NCBI GenBank assembly: GCA_965224025.1
Contig: OZ245033.1
Coordinates: 2,176,001-2,240,000, forward strand
DNA from: Candidatus Multivorans sp.
Lineage (GTDB): Bacteria; Acidobacteriota; Thermoanaerobaculia; Multivoradales; Multivoraceae
Length of the DNA: 64,000 nt
Direction: 5' to 3'
In this document: piece by piece, positions 8,896 to 17,871 of the stretch
Layout of the letters: each line of letters opens with the position of its first letter
How positions within the stretch are numbered: position 1 is the first letter of the stretch
Position numbers and translations under genes: made by a program
Notes under the pieces: generated by a model
Seen by the model: only the letters and a program-made list of their open reading frames with translations
Database searches by the model: none
Told to the model about the DNA's origin: nothing

Positions 8896-10122
8896 ATGAA
8901 GATACTCCGCATGGCCTGGCGCAACCTGTGGCGCAACGGTCGCCGCACTCTGGTGACGGTCGGCGCGATGACCTTGGCCCTGTGGGCGATGGTGATCTAC
9001 ACCTCGCTCATGGAGGGGATGCTCGGCAGCATGGAGAGCACCCTGCTCGATGTGGAGCTGGGCGAGATCCAGATTCACGCGGAGGGCTACCGGGAACGGC
9101 CGTCGATCTGGGAGCGGATCGAGGATCCGGACGCGCTGCTCGAGGCCCTGGAAGAGACCGGGCTGCGTTCGAGCGCGCGCCTGCTCGGGGGGGCCCTGGT
9201 CGCTTCAGGCGACGCGTCGACCGGAGCGCTGCTCAAGGGCCTGCAGCCGGAGCGCGACGCCACGGTCAGCGATGTCTACCAGCGGCTCGATCGGGGCGAG
9301 TGGCTCGATTCGTCCGATCCCGAAGGCGTCGTGCTGGGGTACCGGTTGGCGCGGACGCTGGGCATCGGGGTCGGCGACGAACTCGTGGCGCTCAGCCAGG
9401 CGACCGACGGCAGCATGGCGAACGATCTGTTCCAGGTGCGCGGCGTACTCCAGAGCCTGAGTGAGGAGACGGACCGGGCGACGGTGTTTCTGGTCGAGGA
9501 GCAATTCCGGAGCTTCTTCGTGCTTCAGGATGGCGCCCACCAGGTCATCGTCCGCAGCGGGGAGGGTCAGGATCTGACTGCTGCGGCAGGCGTCGTCGCC
9601 GATGCCGCGGCCATGAGCTCCCCCGAGGCCGAGGTGCGGAGTTGGCGCGAACTCCTGCCGGGTCTGGCCAACGTCTTCGACTCGGCTCAAGCCGCAGTCC
9701 AGGTCGTGGCGTTCATCGTGTACGTGGTGATCGCGATCCTGATCCTGAACGCGATGCTGATGGCGGTCTTCGAGCGGATCCGGGAGTTCGGTGTGCTCAA
9801 GGCGATCGGGGTGTCCCCAGGAAGAGTTCTGACGCTCATCCTGGTCGAGGGCGCGTTGCAGACCGCCCTGGCGATCGCGGTGGGATTGACGGCGAGTCTG
9901 CCGGCGCTCTGGTTCGTAGTCGAGCGGGGGATCGATGTCGGGACCTTGGGCGGAACGGCGTTGATGGGTGTCTCGATGGACCAGATCTGGACCGGCGCGA
10001 TCAGTCCGGCCACGATCGCGGGGCCGGTCGCCATTCTGGTGTTCATCGTCGCGCTGGCGGTGATGTTCCCGGCGATCAAGGCGGCGCGGATCAGCCCGAT
10101 CGAGGCGATCCACCACCAGTAG
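8896..10122 (+). CDS. ABC transporter permease, FtsX/LolE-like
   Basis: MAWRNLWRN.RRT start, periplasmic domain, ERIREFGVLKAIG, PAIKAARISPIEA. Confidence 0.9.
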   Translation: MKILRMAWRNLWRNGRRTLVTVGAMTLALWAMVIYTSLMEGMLGSMESTLLDVELGEIQIHAEGYRERPSIWERIEDPDALLEALEETGLRSSARLLGGALVASGDASTGALLKGLQPERDATVSDVYQRLDRGEWLDSSDPEGVVLGYRLARTLGIGVGDELVALSQATDGSMANDLFQVRGVLQSLSEETDRATVFLVEEQFRSFFVLQDGAHQVIVRSGEGQDLTAAAGVVADAAAMSSPEAEVRSWRELLPGLANVFDSAQAAVQVVAFIVYVVIAILILNAMLMAVFERIREFGVLKAIGVSPGRVLTLILVEGALQTALAIAVGLTASLPALWFVVERGIDVGTLGGTALMGVSMDQIWTGAISPATIAGPVAILVFIVALAVMFPAIKAARISPIEAIHHQ

Positions 10123-10162
10123 ATGCGGTGGGGAACGTGAGAAGGGAAGGAAGGGAGAGAAC

Positions 10163-11410
10163 GTGAGCGGACCCAACGTGACGGCACTGGCCTGGCGCAA
10201 CCTGTGGCGGAACCGGCGGCGGACCCTGTTGACGATGGGCTCGATCGTCTTCGGCGTGTTCCTGGCGGTCGTGTTCACCGCCATGCAGGACCGCAACTGG
10301 AAGGACATGATCGATCTGGCCGCCCGGCTCGGTGGCGGCCACGTCAGCCTGCAGCATCCCGAGTACCTCGACAAGCCGACCCTGACGCGCACCGTCGTTC
10401 GCGGCGAAGCGGTGGAGGCGGCGCTCGAAGGCGAGCACGGTCGAATGGCGCACGCGGTCGACCGGGTGATCGGACCGACGATGCTGGCGACGGCGGGCGA
10501 GAACTTCAGCGCCGCCTTCATCGCCTTCGATCCGGGGGCGGAGGACAAGACGACCCTCTCGATCCTGGAAGCGCTCGACGAGGGAGCGGCCCTTGAGTCG
10601 GGCGACGCCGGCGGCGTGATCCTCGGTCACCGTCTGGCCAGCAATCTGGGCATGGAGCTCGGCGACAAGGTGGTCTACACCCTGACCGACAGGAACGGGG
10701 AGATCGTGAGCGGCCTGGCGCGGTTGCGGGGAACGCTCAGGACCAACGCCCCGACCGTCGACGGCGGGTTCTGCCTGTTGCCGCTCGATACCGTACGGGA
10801 CTTGCTTGGCTACGGTGACAACGAGGCCACCATGGTCGCCGTGTTTCTTCATGATCAGCGGCAGAGCGGTCGGGTCGCCGGCCGGTTGGACCGGGAACTT
10901 GGCGCCGCCGTGGCGGCGGTGCCCTGGAACACGAGCCAGCCGCAACTGGCGGCGTTCATCGGGCTCAAGGTCGGCGGCGCGGTGGTCATGGAGATCCTGA
11001 TCGCCTTTCTGGTCGCGGCCGGGATCTTCAACACCCTCTTCGTGAGCGTGATGGAGCGGCTGCGGGAGTTCGGGATCATGTTGGCCATCGGCTGGAGTCC
11101 GGGCCGGCTGTTCCGGCTGGTGATGATGGAGAGCGTGTGGCTGGCGGCGCTCGGTCTCGTCGGCGCGTTCCTGATCACGGCCGGGCCCTACCTGTACCTT
11201 TCGTCGACGGGCCTCGACCTGACCGCGGTCTACGGCGGCACGGTGGAAGTCGCCGGCGTGGGCCTCGATCCGGTGCTCAAGATCGGCATCTTCCCGCGCA
11301 ACGCGGTGATGATCGGCCTGTTCGCGGTCGTGGCCACCCTGGCTTCAGGCATCTATCCGGCCTGGCGCGCGGGCAGGGTGGAGCCGGTCGAGACCATCAA
11401 GGTGGTGTGA
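10163..11410 (+). CDS. ABC transporter permease, FtsX/LolE-like (second paralog)
   Basis: LAWRNLWRNRRRT, ERLREFGIMLAIG, YPAWRAGRVEPVE. Confidence 0.9.
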   Translation: MSGPNVTALAWRNLWRNRRRTLLTMGSIVFGVFLAVVFTAMQDRNWKDMIDLAARLGGGHVSLQHPEYLDKPTLTRTVVRGEAVEAALEGEHGRMAHAVDRVIGPTMLATAGENFSAAFIAFDPGAEDKTTLSILEALDEGAALESGDAGGVILGHRLASNLGMELGDKVVYTLTDRNGEIVSGLARLRGTLRTNAPTVDGGFCLLPLDTVRDLLGYGDNEATMVAVFLHDQRQSGRVAGRLDRELGAAVAAVPWNTSQPQLAAFIGLKVGGAVVMEILIAFLVAAGIFNTLFVSVMERLREFGIMLAIGWSPGRLFRLVMMESVWLAALGLVGAFLITAGPYLYLSSTGLDLTAVYGGTVEVAGVGLDPVLKIGIFPRNAVMIGLFAVVATLASGIYPAWRAGRVEPVETIKVV

Positions 11411-11411
11411 C

Positions 11412-12104
11412 GTGGGCGGCGATCCGATCATCTCGCTCCGGGACGTGACCAAGGTCTACCGGCAGGGCAGCGTGGACATCCACGCCCTTCGGGGCGTCTC
11501 ACTGGACATCGAGGCGGGCGAGTTCACCGCCATCTGCGGGCCTTCCGGCTCCGGGAAGACGACCAGTCTGAACCTGATCGGCGCGCTCGACGGGGTGACC
11601 TCGGGTTCGATCTCGCTCGAGGGGCAGGAGTTGGCCAACCTGAACAAGAAGCAATTGAGCGCGCTGCGCCGCGACCGGATCGGCTTCGTGTTCCAGGCCT
11701 ACAACCTGATGCCGGTGCTCACGGCGTACGAGAACGCCGAGATGGTGCTCTGGGTTCAGGGCGTCGACGCGGCGAGGCGTCGCGAACGGGTGATGGGACT
11801 GCTCGAAAAGGTGGGCCTGAAGGGCATGGAGGATCGCCGTCCGTCCGAACTGTCGGGCGGGCAGCAGCAACGGGTGGCGATCGCTCGCGCCATTGCCAGC
11901 AACCCGGCGGTGGTGCTTGCCGACGAGCCGACGGCGAACGTCGACTCGGAGACCGCGGAGACCCTTCTGGGCTTGATGGAGACTCTCAATAGGGAGCAGG
12001 GCGTGACCTTCCTGTTCTCGACCCATGATCCGCAGGTGATGGAACGGGCCCGCCGGGTGGTGCGCCTGGTCGATGGCAGCGTCGCGAGCGACGAGCGGCG
12101 CTAG
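11412..12104 (+). CDS. ABC transporter ATP-binding protein, LolD/MacB-like
   Basis: Walker A GPSGSGKT, IGFVFQAYNL, LSGGQQQR, LADEPT, STHD. Confidence 0.95.
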   Translation: MGGDPIISLRDVTKVYRQGSVDIHALRGVSLDIEAGEFTAICGPSGSGKTTSLNLIGALDGVTSGSISLEGQELANLNKKQLSALRRDRIGFVFQAYNLMPVLTAYENAEMVLWVQGVDAARRRERVMGLLEKVGLKGMEDRRPSELSGGQQQRVAIARAIASNPAVVLADEPTANVDSETAETLLGLMETLNREQGVTFLFSTHDPQVMERARRVVRLVDGSVASDERR

Positions 12105-13368
12105 GCCGGCCGGCGTGGTGGCCGGGGTGTTGCTGCTGGCAGTGGCGGCGCCGTCGGCGGGGCAGACCGTGGTGGGCGGGGACGTGCGGATCTTCGCCTT
12201 CCAGGTCCTGGAAGAGATCGACCTGGGCGGCGACGGGGACCCTTCCGCCGGGGACGCCGAAGACGCCGGGTTGGGCGGCGCCGGCGGTGTAGAACTCGGG
12301 ATCCTCCGACTCAAACTCGACTCCCGCTGGCAAGCGGGATCCGGTGACCGCTTCCGTTTCGAGGTGCACGGCGTGGCGCAGGCGGTGTCGCCTCCTGGCA
12401 GCGGCTCCGTCACGTCGGTGGCGACCGGCACCACGCGGCGCTTCTTCGACCTGGAGTCCGACTCCTTCGGCGGCGTCGATGTGGCCGGCGCCACCGAAGT
12501 CGACCGCTTCAACCTGCGCTGGGACCGGCCCGGCTTCCGGATGGTGTTCGGGCGTCAGGGGATCACCTGGGGAGTGAACTACTTCTGGCCCGTGCTCGAC
12601 CTGTTCGCTCCGTTCGCGCCGCGGCGCATCGACCGCGAGTACAAGCCCGGAGTCGACGCGCTTCGGTTCACCGTGCCGGTGAGCGACTTTTCCGAGGTCG
12701 AGGTCATCGCGGCGAGTCAGGGCGCTCAGACCCCCGACGACCTGAGCTTCGCCTCCCTGGGCCGCTTCCACAGCGAACTCGGCGAAGGCCACTCGAGCCT
12801 CGATTTCGGGTACATGGTCGGCGGCTTCCATCGCGACCTGGTCCTCGGCGGTTTCTTCTCGGCCGATGTCTGCGGCACCGGCCTGCGCGGCGAGGTCTCC
12901 TGGACCAGTCCCGGCTGCGACCCCAGGAGCGGTCACCCGGCGTTCGGTTGCGGCGACTTCTGGCGTTTCACGGTGGGCGTCGACCGGTTGTTGACGCCCA
13001 CTCTGACCCTGATCGCCGAGGCGAGCTGGAACGGCTTCGGCGCCGGCGACCCCGGGGATTACGCGCTGCTGGTCGACGCCGACCGCGTGCAGCGGGGCGA
13101 AGTCGTGTCGCTGGGGCGGCGTTACGCCGCTGTCTCGCTCGCGTGGCAAGCCCACCCGCTTCTGACCGTCAGCGGCGCGGTGTTGCTCAACCGGGAGGAT
13201 TCCTCGGCGCTGTTCCAGCCCGGCATCGCCTGGTCCGTGTCCGACGAGGTGTCGATCGGCGCGGGCCTGATCGTGACGACCGGGCGAGGCATTCGGGACG
13301 GGGTTCTGGGCAGTGAGTACGGGGCGGTGCCGGTGGTGGCGTGGTCGTCCCTGACGGCCTACTTCTGA
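12073..13368 (+). CDS. Putative outer-membrane beta-barrel protein
   Basis: Signal peptide, GRQGITWG and DREYKPGVDA motifs, amphipathic strands, terminal Phe (LTAYF). Confidence 0.65.
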   Translation: MAASRATSGARPAGVVAGVLLLAVAAPSAGQTVVGGDVRIFAFQVLEEIDLGGDGDPSAGDAEDAGLGGAGGVELGILRLKLDSRWQAGSGDRFRFEVHGVAQAVSPPGSGSVTSVATGTTRRFFDLESDSFGGVDVAGATEVDRFNLRWDRPGFRMVFGRQGITWGVNYFWPVLDLFAPFAPRRIDREYKPGVDALRFTVPVSDFSEVEVIAASQGAQTPDDLSFASLGRFHSELGEGHSSLDFGYMVGGFHRDLVLGGFFSADVCGTGLRGEVSWTSPGCDPRSGHPAFGCGDFWRFTVGVDRLLTPTLTLIAEASWNGFGAGDPGDYALLVDADRVQRGEVVSLGRRYAAVSLAWQAHPLLTVSGAVLLNREDSSALFQPGIAWSVSDEVSIGAGLIVTTGRGIRDGVLGSEYGAVPVVAWSSLTAYF

Positions 13369-13399
13369 GAGCTTCCATGCGAGCTCGGCGCCGGCGGAT

Positions 13400-13421
13400 C
13401 TTTACCAGTTGTTCACCTGCG
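13400..13421 (+). promoter_or_regulatory. Candidate PHO box upstream of pstS
   Basis: 11-bp-phased repeats CTTTACCAGTT / GTTCACCTGCG, resembling GTTCACC-type PhoB/PhoP direct repeats. Confidence 0.5.
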
Positions 13422-13478
13422 GTGGGGTACGCTGCCCGTCGGTAGAAAGCTGTACGACTGCGCGACATTGGTACCCAT

Positions 13479-14363
13479 ATGAAGACTGCGAGAGTAGCCC
13501 TGAGCGCCTGTTGTCTGGCGCTTGCCGCCCTGGTTGTCGCATGCGGCGGCGGCGGTTCCCGCAACCTGATCCAGAACAAGGGCTCGGACACCCTGGTCAA
13601 TGTCGCCCAGGCGTGGGCGGAGAGCTACGCCTCCGTGGCGACCGAGACCGTCGTCGCGGTGTCGGGGGGCGGCTCCGGCACCGGTATCGCGGCGATGATC
13701 AACGGCACGGTCGACATCGCGAACTCGAGCCGCAAGATGAAGGACTCCGAGCTCGAACTGGCGCGCGGAAACGGCAACGAGCCGATCGAGTTCGTCGTCG
13801 GCTTCGACGCGCTGGCGGTGTACGTCCATCCCGACAACCCGCTCGACCAGGTTTCGCTGGAGCAGTTGGCCGAGCTCTACGGTGAGGGCGGCGACCTTGA
13901 CACCTGGAGCCAGCTCGGCGTCGAGGTGCCCGGCTGCGGCAGTGACGAGATCGTCCGCGTCAGCCGCCAGAACAACTCCGGCACCTACGTCTACTTCCGC
14001 GAGGCGGTGCTGGGAGAGCGGCGCGACTTCAGGCTCGGTTCGCGCGACATGCACGGCTCGAAGGACGTGGTCGATCTTGTCGAGAACACGCCCTGCGCGA
14101 TCGGCTACAGCGGCCTCGCCTACGCGACGGACCATGTGAAGATGCCCTGCGTCAAGAAGAGTGAGGACGGCGAGTGCGTGTCTCCGGCAGTCGAGACGGC
14201 GATCGACGGTTCCTATCCGGTCGCGCGTCCGCTGTTCATGTACACGGCGGGCGAGCCTCAGGGCGCCATCCGGGAGTACCTCGACTGGGTGTTGAGCGAC
14301 GAGGGCCAGTGCATCGTCTATGAGAAGGGGTATGCGCCGCGCGGCGACGTGGACTGCTCCTGA
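13479..14363 (+). CDS. pstS: Phosphate ABC transporter substrate-binding lipoprotein
   Basis: Lipobox VVAC, KGSDT, GGGSGTG, SSR, RQNNSGT, YPVARPLFMY. Confidence 0.93.
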   Translation: MKTARVALSACCLALAALVVACGGGGSRNLIQNKGSDTLVNVAQAWAESYASVATETVVAVSGGGSGTGIAAMINGTVDIANSSRKMKDSELELARGNGNEPIEFVVGFDALAVYVHPDNPLDQVSLEQLAELYGEGGDLDTWSQLGVEVPGCGSDEIVRVSRQNNSGTYVYFREAVLGERRDFRLGSRDMHGSKDVVDLVENTPCAIGYSGLAYATDHVKMPCVKKSEDGECVSPAVETAIDGSYPVARPLFMYTAGEPQGAIREYLDWVLSDEGQCIVYEKGYAPRGDVDCS

Positions 14364-14424
14364 ACCGGGCGTTCAACAGCAGACTCCAGCATGACGCGGC
14401 GCCCGCAGTTTCGAGGCGGCCGGC

Positions 14425-15393
14425 GTGGCTGACATGACGCACGCCGCCGACCGGCGCGATCTTGCCTGGTGGGTCGACCGGGCGATGCAGGTCCTCGTCC
14501 TGGCGGGCGGCTTGTCGGCGATCGTCTTCATCGCTGGCATCTTCGTCTTCATCACGAGGGAGGGCGCCGGTTTCGTCTTTGATCCCATGGATGGAGGGTT
14601 GCGGGACTTCCGCGAGTTCTTCTTCTCGCCGCGTTGGACGCCGACATCGAACCACAACCCGACCTACGGCGCACTGGCCCTGATCGCGGGCACGGCCTCG
14701 GTCACCGGTCTCGCCATGGTCGTGTCCGTGCCGTTCTCGCTGGGCGCGGCGATCTACATCGGCGAGTTCGCCACCGGCCGCGTACGCGAGACGCTCAAGG
14801 TGCTGGTGGAGCTTCTGGCAGCGATCCCGTCGGTGGTCTGGGGCTTCATCGGCCTCTCGATCATGAACCCGCTGATCATTCAAGTCTTCGACGTGCCGGT
14901 GGGCCTCAACGTCCTGAACTCCGGGATCATCCTGGGCTTGATGGCGGCGCCGATCATGACCACGATCGCCGAGGACGCTCTCAAGGCGGTGCCCGACGGC
15001 TACCGTGAGGCCGCCGAGGCGATGGGGGCGACGCGCTGGCAGGTGACCTTCAAGGTGGTGCTGCCCGCGGCCCGCAACGGACTCGTCGCGGCCACGCTGC
15101 TCGGTGTCGGGCGCGGCTTCGGCGAGACGATGGCGGTGCTGATGGCGAGCGGCCACTCGATCAACCTGCCGACCAGCCCCTTCGACTCGGTGCGGGCGCT
15201 GACCGCGACGATCGCGGCCGAACTGGGGGAGACGGCCGCCGGTTCCGACCACTACCAGGCCCTGTTCACGCTCGGCATCTTCCTGTTCCTGGTCACCTTC
15301 GCGATCAACTTCGCGGCGGACGTCTTCGTCCGGGGTGGCAGGCGCAAGCACCGCCGCCGGGGTCGTCGGCCGGCCGCGTCGGCGAACCCATAG
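14425..15393 (+). CDS. pstC: Phosphate ABC transporter permease
   Basis: ELLAAIPSVVWG, GATRWQ, GRGFGETMAVLM. Confidence 0.93.
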   Translation: MADMTHAADRRDLAWWVDRAMQVLVLAGGLSAIVFIAGIFVFITREGAGFVFDPMDGGLRDFREFFFSPRWTPTSNHNPTYGALALIAGTASVTGLAMVVSVPFSLGAAIYIGEFATGRVRETLKVLVELLAAIPSVVWGFIGLSIMNPLIIQVFDVPVGLNVLNSGIILGLMAAPIMTTIAEDALKAVPDGYREAAEAMGATRWQVTFKVVLPAARNGLVAATLLGVGRGFGETMAVLMASGHSINLPTSPFDSVRALTATIAAELGETAAGSDHYQALFTLGIFLFLVTFAINFAADVFVRGGRRKHRRRGRRPAASANP

Positions 15394-15411
15394 CGATGCG
15401 CAGGACACCGC

Positions 15412-16281
15412 ATGTTTGAAGCGACCGCACAGAACCGCCGCAACCGGAGGGTCGAGGGCCTGTTCCGGCTGCTGTTCCTGTGGATGACCTGCATGCTCAT
15501 CCTGCCGGTCGCCCTCATCCTCGGCGTTCTCATCGTCCGCGGCGGACCGGCGATCTCGTGGGAGTTCCTGTTTACCCAGCCGATCAACAACATGACCGCG
15601 GGCGGCATTCTGCCGGCCCTCGTCGGCACGGTGTGGCTGGTGGTCGTTGCCCTGATCGCCTCGGTGCCAGTCGGCGTGGCGGCGGCCCTCTACCTCAGTG
15701 AGTACGCGCCCGACAACCGCCTCACAAGAGCCATCAACCTGGCGATCATCAACCTGGCCGGCGTGCCGTCGATCGTGCATGCCCTGTTCGGCCTCGGCGC
15801 CTTCGTCATCTTCTTTCGCTTCGGCACGAGCATCCTGGCGGCGAGCCTGACGCTGGCGGTGATGACCCTGCCGGTGGTTATCGTGGCGACCCGCGAATCG
15901 CTGCAGACCGTACCGCTCGCCTTCCGGGAGGCGTGCTGGAACATGGGCGCGACGCGCTGGCAGACGATCCGCAAGGTGGTGCTGCCCAACTCGATCAGCG
16001 GCATCCTGACCGGGGTGATCCTCGAGGTCTCTCGCACCGCGGGCGAGACCGCGCCGATCATGTTCACGGGCGCTGCGTTCTTCCTGCCCTTCCTGCCGCA
16101 GGGCGTGCTCGACCAGACGATGGCGATGTCGCTGCACCTGTTCGTCATTTCGACCCAGGTGCCTGACGTGCCGGAGCACATGCCCTTCGGCGTCGCCCTG
16201 GTTCTGATCTCCATGGTGCTGGCGATGAACGGGCTGTCGATCGCTTTCCGCGTTTACCTGCGTGGGCGCAAGAAGTGGTGA
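15412..16281 (+). CDS. pstA: Phosphate ABC transporter permease
   Basis: YLSEYA, LAGVPSIV, RTAGETAPI. Confidence 0.93.
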   Translation: MFEATAQNRRNRRVEGLFRLLFLWMTCMLILPVALILGVLIVRGGPAISWEFLFTQPINNMTAGGILPALVGTVWLVVVALIASVPVGVAAALYLSEYAPDNRLTRAINLAIINLAGVPSIVHALFGLGAFVIFFRFGTSILAASLTLAVMTLPVVIVATRESLQTVPLAFREACWNMGATRWQTIRKVVLPNSISGILTGVILEVSRTAGETAPIMFTGAAFFLPFLPQGVLDQTMAMSLHLFVISTQVPDVPEHMPFGVALVLISMVLAMNGLSIAFRVYLRGRKKW

Positions 16282-17063
16282 GCGCTCCGCTTCAGTCGAC
16301 TGAAACCGCCGATCACGCGATCGATGTCGCCGATCTGGCGATCCGCTACCACGGACAGTTGGCGCTCTCGGGGGTCACGCTGCAGGTTCCAACGCACGAC
16401 ATCTTCGGCGTCATCGGACCGGCGAACAGCGGCAAGACGTCCTTCCTGCGGGCCATCAACCGGATGGACCTGATGACGGCGGGCATGGAGGTTTCGGGGA
16501 GCGTACGGGTCGAGGGCCGTGACGTCCGGAGTTGGCGCAACCCGTACGCGCTGCGGCGGCGCATCGGCGTCGTGTTCCCGCTGCCCGTGGGTCTGCCGAT
16601 GACGATCTACGAGAACGTCGCGCTGTCGTCGCGCCTGCGTGGTACGCGGAAGAAGGCCGACCTGGACGTCATCGTGGAGCGCTGCCTCCGGCGGGCGGCG
16701 CTATGGGACGAGGTGAAGGACCGGCTCGATTCCCTGGGCAGCCTGCTGTCGGGCGGCCAGCAGCAGCGGCTGACGATCGCCCGCGCCCTGTCGCAGGATC
16801 CGTCCATCCTGCTGCTCGACGAATTCTCGATCGCGGTGGATCCGGTGACCACGATGCGGATCGAGGAGGTGCTGGCGGAACTCAAGTCCGAGATGACGAT
16901 CGTCCTGGTCACGAACCTCGTCCAGCAGGCGCGGCGGCTGGCCTCGCGGACCGCCTTCTTCCTGACCGGCGAACTGGTCGAGGTCACGGAGACGGAGGCG
17001 ATGTTCGAGGGCGGCGCCCAGGACCCGCGGACCACTGCGTACGTCGAAGGGAAGTTCGGATGA
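16275..17063 (+). CDS. pstB: Phosphate ABC transporter ATP-binding protein, copy 1 (degenerate Q-, D- and H-loops)
   Basis: GPANSGKT, LSGGQQQR, LLDEFSIAVD, LVTNLVQQA, C-terminal YVEGKFG. Confidence 0.88.
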   Translation: MVSAPLQSTETADHAIDVADLAIRYHGQLALSGVTLQVPTHDIFGVIGPANSGKTSFLRAINRMDLMTAGMEVSGSVRVEGRDVRSWRNPYALRRRIGVVFPLPVGLPMTIYENVALSSRLRGTRKKADLDVIVERCLRRAALWDEVKDRLDSLGSLLSGGQQQRLTIARALSQDPSILLLDEFSIAVDPVTTMRIEEVLAELKSEMTIVLVTNLVQQARRLASRTAFFLTGELVEVTETEAMFEGGAQDPRTTAYVEGKFG

Positions 17064-17866
17064 GCATGGCGGAGCCGGTAACCCAAGGTGCTCCCGACGC
17101 GTCGGCGGCGATCCTGGTCGAGAAGCTGAACCTCTGGTACGGCGACTTCCAGGCCCTGTTCGATGTCGACCTGCGGGTGAAAGCGGGCGCGATCACCTCC
17201 CTGATCGGGCCGTCCGGCTGCGGTAAGACGACGCTGCTGCGGTCGGTCAATCGGATCAACGAGCGGCTCGGCTATGTCCGGACGACAGGCAGCGTTCGGC
17301 TCTGGGGACTCGACGTGCTCGACCCCTCGGTCGAGTTGGCGCAGCTCCGCAAGCAGGTCGGCATGGTCTTCCAGCGACCCAACCCGCTGCCGCTCTCCGT
17401 GCGCGACAACGTCCTGTTCGGAACCCGCGTCCACCAGCCGGGCGGGCGGCCGCCGAACAGGGTGGAGAGCGACCGGATCGTCGAGGAGGCACTGCGCGAG
17501 GTGCTTCTCTGGGACGAATTGAAGGACTCGCTCGACCGGCGCGGCACCGAACTGTCGCTCGAACAGCAGCAGAAGCTCTGCATCGCCCGCCTGCTGCCGG
17601 TCAAGCCGAAACTCCTGCTGATGGACGAGCCGTGTTCAGCGCTCGACCCCGCCGGCACCGAGGCCGTCGAGGAGCTGATCTGGGAGCTGCGCGGCGACTA
17701 CACGATCCTGATCGTCACCCACAACATGGCGCAGGCACGCCGGGCCAGCGAAGAGTGCGTCTTCATGCTGCTCGGCGAGATGATCGAGCACAGCGACACG
17801 GCGTCGATGTTCCTGAATCCGGCGGACAGCCAGACCGCGGCCTATATCGAGGGCCGGTACGGCTGA
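17060..17866 (+). CDS. pstB: Phosphate ABC transporter ATP-binding protein, copy 2 (degenerate signature motif)
   Basis: ATGA overlap with copy 1. GPSGCGKT, VGMVFQRPNP, LSLEQQQK, MDEPCSALD, VTHNMAQA, YIEGRYG. Confidence 0.9.
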   Translation: MSMAEPVTQGAPDASAAILVEKLNLWYGDFQALFDVDLRVKAGAITSLIGPSGCGKTTLLRSVNRINERLGYVRTTGSVRLWGLDVLDPSVELAQLRKQVGMVFQRPNPLPLSVRDNVLFGTRVHQPGGRPPNRVESDRIVEEALREVLLWDELKDSLDRRGTELSLEQQQKLCIARLLPVKPKLLLMDEPCSALDPAGTEAVEELIWELRGDYTILIVTHNMAQARRASEECVFMLLGEMIEHSDTASMFLNPADSQTAAYIEGRYG

Positions 17867-17871
17867 GCCGG

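Noticed and set aside
16532-17059. N-terminal extension of the second pstB ORF
   Set aside because: Alternate frame of pstB1; the ATGA-coupled start at 17060 is more plausible.
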